A program made the translations under genes and the position numbers. A DNA stretch of 62,846 bases, filler included, from Collodictyon triciliatum (Eukaryota): the NCBI GenBank assembly GCA_043381765.1. It is 6 parts of 6 records of this genome, joined end to end, with 100 filler letters (N's around TTAATTAATTAA, not from the genome) between each part and the next. Parts side by side here need not be neighbours in the genome. Positions count along the whole stretch, not along the records: positions 24,051 to 35,964 come from JBHJMP010002279.1; positions 36,065 to 47,978 come from JBHJMP010002280.1; 4 more parts are not named here. One strand, given 5' to 3'. Shown in pieces: positions 25,311-37,147 of this stretch. Each line of letters starts with the position of its first letter. Within the stretch, counting starts at the first letter, position 1. A model generated the notes under the pieces. The model was not told where the DNA came from. It ran no database searches and saw only the letters and a list, made by a program, of their open reading frames with translations.

Positions 25311-25321
25311 GTCGCAGACCC

Positions 25322-27845
25322 ATGAGCCAAGCCAGGTCCCCGCCCTTCCTGCCCCACACGCGGCCCCCTTTCCTATCGCCCAACCCAACACCTCTCTCGG
25401 AACTCCCAACGCCTGCACCTCTGCAAATCTGCAGCAATCCCCAGCGAAACGAAGACCGCCCAACGGAGACGCGTCCGAAGCGCACGAGCCACAAAGCCCC
25501 CGTCAAAATCCCACACACAACGCTCGTCCCGACCACGCCAAAGTCGACGGCGTCTGCCTCGTCCACGCCGCAGCACGAAAGCAGCCCCTTGGCCGGCAAA
25601 AGCCATGTGGACGGGCGAATCGAGCGGCTCCTCGCAGAGCTCAGCAAGGCCGAGTCGAATCCTGAGGCACTGCTTCCGATGGCCGGGTCGCCTTCAAACA
25701 GCCCCACATTCCTGCAGCCAGCATCGGACAAAGCTTCATTACGTAGCAACCACATCAGCCAAAGCTCACTTCACACGCGCTCGGGCGAATCAAACCAGGA
25801 ATCGCCTGTCGTGGTAGCTTTGCATGCTGACATCGGCAATCAATCGGGAGACTCGGACACTTGCAATGCGGGGATTGAAACGGCCATCACGTCGATATCG
25901 GCTTCTTTCCTGGAAAAGTATTCTCATACCACTGGCAAGAATGACCTTCACTCGGTCACAGGGTGTGATACCCACGGCAGACAATCCCGCGATGCAAGAG
26001 CTTATAATGCTGCGAGTAAAGAAAGCCGTGCGCAAAGTGGACTGGTAATAGTTTTTTATATCTCTTTGAAATTTTTAACTATAATGGTAATAGTAATAAT
26101 GGTAATAGTAATAATGGTAATAGTAATAACAATATTAAATAATCCTGTCGTTTTGGATAACCTATGGTAAGGAAGCGGTAAACCAGTTTGCAAAGTGTAT
26201 TGAACTTCACATATGGATAGAGTGGACGAGTAGATAACCCAATCACCGATCCAGTGCGCGTGCCCTCTGGTTCTATGCAAAAATCCGGGCAATCAATCCA
26301 TGCGATGGCGCGAGTACCAACACCCTTGCAGTATGCTGCTAGAATCACAATGTCTAGGCCATTGACCCCGAATAATGAAGCTATGTAAGAATTGATACAC
26401 AATTGAATTCGCATCGAATCTGCATTGAATCTAAATTACTGCGAGACACAGAAGTGCAATAATTCAACCGAAAAGAAATGCGTATCTCCTCGAGAAAAGG
26501 CCCCCTAGTCTGTGCCTTGGTAAGCTTTATCTCCCCTGATTCAACGCATCCCCCACAAACAATCATGCATCGTAATTTTGAGAGGACAGAATCCATGCAA
26601 AATCAACTAGATAAATCTATTATTTAATTATTATTCTTTTAAAAAAACAAATAAACATCATCAGAACAAGAAATCCTCCGAAAGGATTGTGCACATGAGT
26701 CCCCATCCGCTCTGCATCGCCGTTCGTGCCAACTGAGCAGAGATTTTGATCAAGAAACCACACTCTTGTACCTCAACCAGCATTTAACAGAATCTATCCA
26801 CTCAATCAACTTCCCGAACCCACGGTCTTTGTCGAAGAAGGCTGCCCGCATTCAAGTGCCTGGGATTCCTATTCGCAAGCATGACGGCGAATCCCAACCA
26901 GCATCTCCAGAAATGCCCCGCTTACAAACTCCGCTCAACAATCTGAAACAACAGCCCTCATCAGCCCCGTTCCATAGCCCTCCATCCGAATCTCATCCAG
27001 TCTCACAAAATCTGGTGGTGTTGAGTCTTCCTGTTGCCACTCTATCTGTCTCGCCAGAGAGTTGTGGATTTCCGAAATCCAACAAGGATAAGCATGCACA
27101 TCTTCTACACAAGAACAAGTTGGTCCTCAACTCTTGCTCTTCTCTTTCCACAAAGACCAGAGAAGAGGAGAAAGTCTCTGGGACGAGAACATACAAAGAT
27201 GAATCGAATCCAAAGAAGCGTGAGAGGAAAGCATCCAATGGCAGCGAAAGAGTTAATCAATCTTTGGGGTCCCACCGGGCTCAGCTTAACCACAGGGTCA
27301 ACACTGACCAACCGCGAAAGCCGATGCGGTCGTCTGTGGGTGATCTGGTTAGGATTTGTTTCACTTTATTTATGTGTTGTATAGCTACGTTTACCAATCC
27401 CCTTTGAGTACTTTATGTACTCATCACCTTTTCCACCTGAGCATCGGTCATGAAATGATTCATATCTTATGATGCAAACGGGGAAAAAAAAACGTGAAAT
27501 TAATCATTCACCTAACCCCAGAAGATTGCGACAAAGGAAGCCTTCTTCGTCTCTGAAAAGCTGAGCACGACGGTGATATTAGCATTTCTAATTTTTTCTT
27601 TTCTTTTCTTTTCTTTTCTTTAGTGGGTGTCTTGCTTTTGGAACCACTTTCTAGTCGACTGCTGGTATTTAATTTTAATTTTCAAAAAAAAAAATGTGGG
27701 CCAATAATAATAACAAAAAAAATGATTACAATCATGAAAATAAATAGAGGACTGCCTCTCCGCGATTAAGAACTCTGACTCCGTCCGATATGGGCTATGT
27801 CACTGGCTCAGCAGACATGGTGTTATCCCATTTGATAAAAGGTGA
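25322..27845 (+). CDS. Hypothetical Ser/Pro-rich, probably disordered protein; multi-exon, 3' end uncertain
   Basis: Long open exons at 25322-26045 and ~26665-27347 are bounded by GT/AG. No recognisable domain. Confidence 0.55.
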
Positions 27846-28009
27846 ATAGTGATTCCACAAACCCAAAATATCATTTACACTAAAGAGATTAGGAACCAGT
27901 TCTATGTATAGTTAAACGCGATTGGATATCACAAAATTGCACTACTTATGAAACGGTTCCATCTTCAAAAAAGTATTCACCACGAGATAAGATCTGATTT
28001 TCACTTAAT

Positions 28010-28072
<63 letters not shown>

Positions 28073-29228
28073 TCCTTGTGTTTATATATTCGTACTCTTC
28101 AGCGCATCCAGAACAGCCACGAATTTCACTTTATCCGCCACCTCTCAAAGCGGCTTCGGAGAACCCTGTGGAACGACCACTCCTTACCTAATTCAAAAAA
28201 AAAAGAAATGAAAAAGGGATGTCAATTGAGCTGCAGTCCTTTTTCAGCTGTTATTTTCTCTTCACTGCCACGCTATATCATTTTATCGGTAGTTTGAATG
28301 ATTTCGTCTGGCCAAGGATAAGCAGTTTGTCTAAATACGTCTTTTAATCCGTTTGTGATTCGTAAGTGCCTCCGTTTCTCACATAAAGCAAGTGATTTTG
28401 TGATACTTTTCCCCTCTTATTTTTCCTTCTGTTCCCACCGCGTGATGGTATACATGTATATGTTCATGGGACAGCCTCTTGTAGATTCCTTACACAATCG
28501 AATTGTAACACACATATCATCGAGTGAATATCGGGTCTACAATTTATCATCCCTAATTTTCAATAAAAAAAATAAAATAAAATAAAGTATTATTCACTCA
28601 ACACATGACCCAATGAGTTGCCTGTGATGTGTAATGATTGAGATAAGGAGGACAAAATAAGAAAAAAAATTGGTTTATTTTGTTTTAATAGTTAATAATA
28701 TTGCGACACAGGAAAAGGGAAGAGAGAGAAAGAGAAAGAGAAAGCGAAAGTGAAAGTGAGGGAAAAGTGGACAATATACTCAGATTGCAGTGCTTGAATC
28801 GCTTAGTTCAGAAGTCCAAAAGACTGCTCCCCCATCAGCGCCTTCTTTTTTTCTTTCTTTACAATCTTTATCCAATCTCTCATCCAATAACGACGCGCAG
28901 GGCCGCTGCGTCTACTACTTTTTTTTTTCTCTTCTTCTTCCACCCTGTCCTCTTTTCTTTCTCTTACTGTACCAATCCAGTCATCTGCATCTACAAAACC
29001 AAATCCATCATAGAATCGCCATCCATTCAATAACAAATACAAGGGGAGAAACAAACGAGAAGAAAAAAAAAGGAAAAAAAAAGAAAGAAGATGATTAAAT
29101 CCAACCAACATCCAAGACCACGACTCACAAATTACACAGATGAGGCAAGCCATTCCAACCAAGAGAGAATACCACGAACAACAAAACAAAAGAAACAAAG
29201 GAAGCAGACAAGGAAGCAAGGGACCGAC

Positions 29229-30428
29229 CGCCTTCTGGGTGAGCCGGACAAGGGCAGGAGAGCCGGGGACGTATTCGACAAGGCCGAGGGCGGCAACGAG
29301 GTCGTAGTAGTATCTGTAGTTGTTGATGGGCTGGGAGGCGGTGGAGACGGAGGCGAGGGTGTCGGCCTCGGCCAGGCGGGCCTTGAGGTGAGTGTCGGGG
29401 ACGCCGGCGGGGAACGCCGGATGCATGGCGACGAGCGAGCGGACGAGCGGCTGCGCATACGCGGGGACGTCCCAGGCGCAGAGCGACGTGTCCACGCGGG
29501 GCGCACTTGCGCGGCACGCCTCGGGCAGCGACTGCCGCTCGTCCTCGTACTCGGCCCTGCACGCCACGCAGCACCGCACGCCCTCCACCGCGGCCGTGTG
29601 CTCCACGCAGACGCTTTGGTCGCACCACGGACACGGCCCCACCCGCGCCCGCGTCCGCTTGCGGCAGATGGTGCAGAAGCGCAGCAGCCCCGCGGATCCG
29701 GAGTCGTCTGCCCCGGATTCGTCTGCCCCGGATTGCTTCGCCCCGGATTGCTTCGCCTGCGCCTGCGCCTGCGCCTCGCGGTACTCGTCCTCGCACAGGT
29801 AGCAGGAGTAGAAGCCGTCGTACGTGCCCATGTGCTCCACGCAGACTGCAAAGTCGCAGAAGAAGCAGCGCACAACCGCAGGCCTCCTGCCCAGGCAGAT
29901 CTCGCACCGCTGCGCTGACGGCCGGTGCCGCGCTGGCGCTGCCTGTCCTTTGGCCCGCGCCTCGGCCGCGTACTCTGCCTCGCACTCTGTGCAGGAGTGG
30001 TATTGGTCGTACGAGACCATGTGTCTGCGGCACACGGTGAAGCTGCAGTGGAAGCACTCCTGCCCGTCGTCCAGCAGCTCCTCGCACAACGGGCAGAGCA
30101 CAGCCTCTTCCTCGTCCTCTCTTTCATCCTCGTCCTCGCCCTCGTCCTCGTCCTCGTTCTCTTCTTCGGGGTATTCAAACTCTGCCTCCCGCGTTGTGGC
30201 CTGATCGGGCGCGCGGGCGTCGTGTCCGCGGCTGGTCCGCTTCTGCAGCTCCTCCGCATCCTGCTCCAGACACACGCCGCACAGGCTCTCGCCTTTCGTT
30301 GCAAGCAGGCAGCCGAAGCAGAAGCGGTTGTAGCACGAGGCGCACTTTCTGTGGTTGTTTGTAAACAGCGTTGTTCCGCAGGCGAAGCAGTACACGTCCT
30401 TGGGCGTCTGGCCGGCCTCTTGTGCCAT
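29229..30428 (-). CDS. Protein with four Cys/His-rich zinc-binding modules (B-box/treble-clef-like); first exon
   Basis: C-x2-C-x(9-11)-C-x2-C-x4-C-x2-H/C-x(9-10)-C-x2-C occurs four times. A probable donor lies at 29228, after which the ORF runs into pyrimidine-rich intron-like sequence. Confidence 0.8.
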
Positions 30429-31446
30429 CCCGCTTGTCCCTTCCCTTGTCCCTCGTCTTTTTTTTTTTTTTTTCGATTAGTGTTGATCTATTTCTTTGAT
30501 TCTGTTACTGCTTCTTTTCTTTTCTTCTCTTCTTTGTGAAGGCTCTTCTCGCCTGTCTCGGAATCGAGTCCAGCGCGTCGAGATGAATCAGATGCTGGTG
30601 GATGATGGAAGGAAAAATACAAGACCGTCGATCTAAGTGTCCAGATTTGGAATATAGATTGTTCAATGAAACGAACCGGATACAGAGATACCAGCAAGCG
30701 CACGTGTAAGTTTTGACAACCTGCTTTGTCGCTGGCGTCCAAGAAGAAAAAAAGAAACATCCACTTATCTTCCATCGTACAAACGATGCATTTTTTTTTT
30801 TCATCAGGAGTTCAAAGTAACAATAAAATTTTAATAAATTAATCAAAATCTTTTGTTCTTTTTGTTTCAAGTATCATCCGGCAAAGTGGAATGTCTTTTG
30901 CTAATGCTTCAGTATTCGTNNNNNNNNNNNNNNNNNNNNNNNNNNNNNNNNNNNNNNNNNNNNNNNNNNNNNNNNNNNNNNNNNNNNNNNNNNNNNNNNN
31001 NNNNNNNNNNNNNNNNNNNNNNNNNNNNNNNNNNNNNNNNNNNNNNNNNNNNNNNNNNNNNNNNNNNNNNNNNNNNNNNNNNNNNNNNNNNNNNNNNNNN
31101 NNNNNNNNNNNNNNNNNNNNNNNNNNNNNNNNNNNNNNNNNNNNNNNNNNNNNNNNNNNNNNNNNNNNNNNNNNNNNNNNNNNNNNNNNNNNNNNNNNNN
31201 NNNNNNNNNNNNNNNNNNNNNNNNNNNNNNNNNNNNNNNNNNNNNNNNNNNNNNNNNNNNNNNNNNNNNNNNNNNNNNNNNNNNNNNNNNNNNNNNNNNN
31301 NNNNNNNNNNNNNNNNNNNNNNNNNNNNNNNNNNNNNNNNNNNNNNNNNNNNNNNNNNNNNNNNNNNNNNNNNNNNNNNNNNNNNNNNNNNNNNNNNNNN
31401 NNNNNNNNATAGTATGGTGCTTGGGTGGCTACTAGTTTTACATATT

Positions 31447-31470
31447 TTCCCTCTCATTTGATTCAAAGTA
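31447..31470 (-). mobile_element. Degenerate ultra-short retroposed tail
   Basis: TTCCCTCTCATTTGATTCAAAGTA between GCTACTAGTTTTACATATT and GCTATTATTTTACATATT. Confidence 0.6.
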
Positions 31471-31534
31471 GCTATTATTTTACATATTAGTTTTATCAGT
31501 AAAGTGTCACCCTTCAACTTGAGTCTGGTAAACC

Positions 31535-33734
31535 GAATCAGTATCGATGCTAGAGTAAGGAATCCGATATTTTGCAGACCAGATATCTTCGAGGTCCATT
31601 ATATTCTGCTTCGACTTTATTGTAAATATGTCCTCGAGATTAACCTGCGATTCCGATCGTGCGGATGCCTTTCGTCTGTGACCTTTTTTTGCTGACTTTT
31701 TTTATGAAAAAAATTCGTTCAAAAGATGTGTTACAACTAAGCTACTTATTATACAAAAAAGAGTCAGATAGTGAAAAATTATAAGTTAAAATTTCAAAAA
31801 TAATAATACAACAGTAGAAATTCATAGTGTTAAATGGGCTTACATCTGAAGGTTCCGGTTTTGGAGGGGATTCTATGAAAAGAGTTTGAAGATGGATTTC
31901 GCCGGATTCGACTGGCCTTTTGGATGAGATACACCAGAGAGTACCAACCACGTCAACAAAACTCAAACGAATATGTAAGAATAACACTCAATATACCTGC
32001 CATCCTCTGAATCGATAGTCAACGTGTACCATGAAGTTACTGGTTCCATGAGATAAAACTCAGATATGCTCAACTTGAGTCTTCCGAGACACGTGTGCTG
32101 TTTTGTTTTGAAGTCAGACTTTAATACAATTTGAAGATTGTTAATAGTTTCTGTTTGTTTTGTTTTGTTTTGTTTTGTTTTGTTTTGTTTTGTTTTGTTT
32201 TGTTTTGTTTTGTTTTGTTTTGTTATTTAGGGCAAAAGAAAGATCACAAAACAATATCCATTATACCTTTCTGAGGATGTCCTTATCCCATACTACAATT
32301 TCAAGATTATCTGTCTGAGATGAAACCGGGAATGAAAAAATATCTCCAAAGACTGGCGAAGTGCTTTTCTTGACGGCAGATGTTTTTACTCGGGGCAGAT
32401 TCCCATAAGTTATTTTTACTTTGGTAGATGTGTTCTGTGTGATGTTTCTGGCTTCGATTACTGCGCGAGAAGGTAAATGAAAAAGGAGACGGATAATAGG
32501 ATAAAAAATGAAAAGAATAATAAATTAAGTGAAAAATTTCAAAATCAATTTTGTAACTGCTATTGAATTACTTCTAGTTTTCTTGATGAGACAAACCTTT
32601 TATGTATAAATCACCCCTTAAATTAGGCTGGAGCACAAGATTCTTTATAATTTGAGACAATCTCTTTTGCTCATGAGAGTACCAGAGGTTGTAAGATTCT
32701 GCATTTTTGAAATCTGACGTAAGGAATCCTGGTCTTCTATTTAAGTTGCTGTATTGTGATTTGAGATGCCTGACAAGAGCCCCTCTGAAACAGCTCAACT
32801 TTGCCTGAAATGTATATATTGATTTAAAATTTTGGATGAGATTGTATTTTTGCTTGGTTAGGCATGTTAATACTTAGGAATAAACCATCCATACAGACAG
32901 TCTTGATGGGGTAAATAAAACATTAGTATAAATAAAATACTTCTTCAAAAGCTGACGTCGCATATTCTGGGGAAACTTGGAATGCATTTTGAATGATGTT
33001 CAAGAGATCTTCATCGCTAAAAATCCTTTTTGTGCTCATAAAGAAGGGCTGTCTATCGGTCACAGGATTAGCTATACAAGATATGACCTTGGAAAATGTT
33101 TCTTGCTGGATACCACTCAACGCAGGTTGAAAATTGGAACAGTCTTTCCATCTACTGAATATCTTCCCAAGGCTTTGTGTCGATGTCCGATACCCCGGTA
33201 TTCTGCTTACTGGTGATTCATGCTCGCTTTCTCTTTCTGCTGATAATGTTTGGTCGGGAAAGAGAAAGACAAACGAGATATAGGCTTCTCCGCACATACC
33301 GGCTTTCTTCTTCTTCTCGATAGAAAACCAACCTGCATAACTTATGCGTATATTTCCTCGGTCGTCATGGTCTACGTTAGTGCCCACATCTCCAGATACA
33401 GCTCGTTGCATGACGTCAATGGCTGTAAGACATATAGATCCGATGTAGTCATCTTTTTTACCCTGCTTTTCATTATAAAAATCAATGCATATAATCTGCT
33501 CTGTCCCTTCACGAATGCCTTGGATATCTACTCCAGCCATGACCTTCTGAGGAAGGACAGAGACCATCTTCTTTGTTATCAGCACAGTTGAAGCATACTC
33601 AGAATGCCAATTATACGAATTGGTCATGGATGGTTTTCCTGAGCGATATAAGTCCTCGCCGATTCTTAGAGTAAAATACGGACTTAAGCGGTCTTCTTCC
33701 TTTGTAGTAAAACCTCTTGCCTACGTACACAGTC

Positions 33735-33831
<97 letters not shown>

Positions 33832-35449
33832 TTGTAAGGTCTGTGCATGGATAATGTGGCATATATAAAGTAAAAGCAAACCAAAAATCAAAGGAACAAA
33901 ATACAGAAAAGTATCATTTTTTTAAAAAAACTTTTTTTTAAGATATATCAAATAAACGAACCCCAACTATGGCAATATGGCTGGGTATTTGGTTTGTTTC
34001 ATATGTAAAATCATCACTCTGAGATAACATTTGGAAATCACTCGGTGCCTCCTCATTTGTCCAATCTACTTCAGTGATTCTGCATTGATATCTGATGTTG
34101 ATTACAATTTGACTTGAGGTGCGCTCTGAAGTTGGTATGGCTTTCTCAACTCTGTCATGGACTGGGCCCAATGGAACTTTAATTTCCTGAGCAAAAGATA
34201 AACAAAAGAACCAAAAACGTATATAAGCAAATTGGGTGAGGTGAGTGAGATATATAAATGGAATATTTTAGAATTTTTCTGCCTTGTGATATTATATTAT
34301 TTTCATTCGTATATGCTCATGCTTTGACTTACTTTGGTGTCAGAAAAGTCCATATTCCCAGGCTCCCCAAACTGAATTAAAAAGTCTCGTAATAATTCCA
34401 GAGTGAAGAAGGTACAACAACCAATTGGTTCGTATCGCTTTGGATCTGACTTTGTGATGATGATTTTAATATGCTTACCTTATGCAGGAATTCCTAGTTG
34501 GAAGCATTATACATTTTCCAGAGACCCACAAATATATGAAAAATGAAATGATAGTATTTGGGTGTGTATCTATATATAACCCTCACGTTTTCGTAAAGAA
34601 TAAGCCTCAAAATCGAGTTTGGATGTGCTAACTGGAAAATGAAGGGGCCGGTCCAAGACACGCTCCTTGATTCTTTCTTTACCTCCGTCTGATTCTCAGT
34701 GTTGCCGACAACCATGGTGCAATAGTAGGATCCAATATCTGTGGTGCGTTATGAGTGGAAGTTTAAAGAAAGGCTCGACCATGTCCTTTGAAATCTCATC
34801 TAAATCTCCAGATGTGATATTAAATCCTCTTTTCTGCAATCAGCCATGAGGTTCACGAACACCGGATTTTCATTGTGATTATATGGGAGCTTTTTCATAA
34901 GCATATTTTGACGGGAATAAAATCCTGACTTCATTCTTACCTTCAGGGAGAGCCTCTACATCGATAGCTTTGCAGACACGATTGGGCCGTTGCCAAGAAT
35001 AGTCATTATGATGGATTTCAGCGTTTTCTTTCTTTCTTTGTTGATTTTTTTAAAAAAAAAAATAAATATAACAGAATTACCTTCAATTGACAGCGACGCG
35101 CTGAGCCGGTTCTGCAGAACCATAATACTGAATCAGACCCAGTCAAATACACAAAAGACTTTTTTTTTTTTCTTCCTTTATTCGATTCAAAGACAAAAGA
35201 CTCATTATTGAGGTTGGTTGCAAAGAAAATACCAGAAAAGACATGCCAGGCTGAGCAACAAACCTTGTCGAGCCCGTACAGGCTCCCCTTTCCAAAGAGG
35301 CGGCCGTATTCTGCAAATCTGTCGAGTCGTTGATGAGTTTCCCTTGGGCGGGGAACAATCACTTGCGGCTTCACAACTTCGTAACTATGGGGCGCCGATT
35401 TGTTCCTGCGATGGCCGAACGCACGACTGGCAGCACCCGCCGGCTCCAT
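31535..35449 (-). CDS. Multi-C2-domain protein (possibly Munc13-like); multi-exon, 3' end runs into the N gap
   Basis: Three C2-like segments: SWTGPFIFQL..LRLILYE; ARGF..SPYFTLRIG..IDFYNE..DDYIGSI..GWFSI..GEAYISF; and IEARNI..VKTSAVKKSTSPVFGDIFSFPV..LEIVVWDKD. Confidence 0.8.
33734..33831. repeat. (CAA)n intronic microsatellite
   Basis: About 32 copies inside an intron of the C2 gene. Confidence 0.95.
35161..35192 (-). mobile_element. Ultra-short retroposed tail in an intron
   Basis: T11-CTTCCTTTATTCGATTCAAAG flanked by a perfect 10-bp TSD, ACAAAAGACT (35151-35160 and 35193-35202). Confidence 0.9.
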
Positions 35450-35803
35450 CCTAATGTCCTGCAACACCAGAACCAAAGGCAGTTGTAGTCCGGTGAATTG
35501 TGTAAAGAAAGAGAAAGAAAGAGAAAGGAAGAGAAAGGAAGAGAGAGAAAGAGAGAGAAAGAGAAAGAAAGAGAAAGAAAGAGAAACGACAAGGAAAATG
35601 ATCGGGCTGTGTTTGTTGAGGTGGCGCTGGAGAAAGTTGTTGCTGCGCTGTTGTATTTCGCAGGTTTTTCTTTTATTGACATGAGACTTCGTTTGGGGCT
35701 GGGTGTGCTTTGTCTGCTTGATGAAATCCCGCGGCGTTGCACGTGCGAGGTCAATCCTCCTGTCAAAGCAGAGACGACGATTATTTTGTTTGTTTGTTTG
35801 TTG

Positions 35804-35910
35804 GTATGTATGTATGTATGTATGTATGTATGTATGTATGTATGTATGTATGTATGTATGTATGTATGTATGTATGTATGTATGTATGTATGTATGTATG
35901 TATGTATGTA
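35804..35910. repeat. (GTAT)n microsatellite
   Basis: About 27 copies, upstream of the C2 gene. Confidence 0.95.
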
Positions 35911-36414
35911 CGTGAATCTGGTCATCGTTTAGATGTGAGTCAAGGGTGTAATCGTTTAAGACTCNNNNNNNNNNNNNNNNNNNNNNNNNNNNNNNNNNNN
36001 NNNNNNNNTTAATTAATTAANNNNNNNNNNNNNNNNNNNNNNNNNNNNNNNNNNNNNNNNNNNNGAATGATAATACAGTCTTACATGAAAACAGTCTAGT
36101 CTTCGTACCTTGATATTGAATGACTAGTATGCTTTACTCTGGAATTCTTATCATTTTTTAAGGTGATGATTTTTTGTTCGCAGCATAATGTCATAATAAA
36201 GACACCAAAGTGAAATTCCAAAGATTCAAATGAACTTCCAGGTCGTTAAAAAGTAAAAACCTATTGTTAATTCTGCCTGCTGTGTCAAAAACCCTCTCTA
36301 GTGATGATATACCTTCGCACTCTTTCTTTTCAAATATTTTATCTGCCCCCTCTTTCTGTTCTCTATCAAGATACTTGGCATAGCCACCGTTACTGAAGCT
36401 GGACAGTTTGTCGC

Positions 36415-36445
<31 letters not shown>

Positions 36446-37147
36446 GTTTTGTTTTGCTTTTTGTTTTGTTTTGTTTTGGTGAATCAGTATGTAGTTTAAC
36501 TAGAACCACGCAGATTGGGCTAAAATACAAACATCCTCAAAGGGCACGCTGGGAGGGAAAGTTTATCGACGCGGTGAACCTTTATCTCCGATAAAAAAAT
36601 AAAAAAAAAGAAGAAAAATGGTATTTGTAAGGAAACAGGACCTTCACATCCGTTCCGATAAATTCGCACAAGCTATTACAGCATACTTTTGGGCATAACT
36701 ATACTTCATGTGGCACCAATATCGCTGAATTTGCTTTTTGTAAATAGAAAATCGACAAATTCATACTTTCGATAATAGAGAAATATCTGCATGATTTAAA
36801 AGTGCGAAAAAAAATCAAAATTGCTTGTTCTGTTATTCATCATACATCAATGAACCACCATCATGAATTCTACTGCGTCTTATATTCATGTATGCAATCG
36901 AATTCGATTTCCAGAATTTTACAACCGTTCTTTCAACTCATCAATACTAATAAATTCAATGACTTTGATTCTTGCTTGCGTTAGGGTCGAATATTTAGCA
37001 AGTTGAGTTTGAAATATGTGTAATTATATTTATTGAATGGAGGACTTAAGAAGGACTCAGCTATATTTTAATTAGCCTTTGCTTAATTTATTATTCGTAA
37101 GAGGAAAAGCACAAAGATTAGGGGTTTTTATTCCCATAATGAAAATT

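Noticed and set aside
27449-27507. Possible tenth retroposed tail (..CTTATGATGCAAACGGGG-A9)
   Set aside because: Both the core and the putative TSD (12/15 match) are too degenerate to call.
3433-30539. Many overlapping or antisense ORFs in GC islands, and microsatellite ORFs (poly-I, poly-L, FVCV, YIHT)
   Set aside because: They are explained by stop-codon scarcity in GC-rich or repetitive DNA and carry no domain signal.
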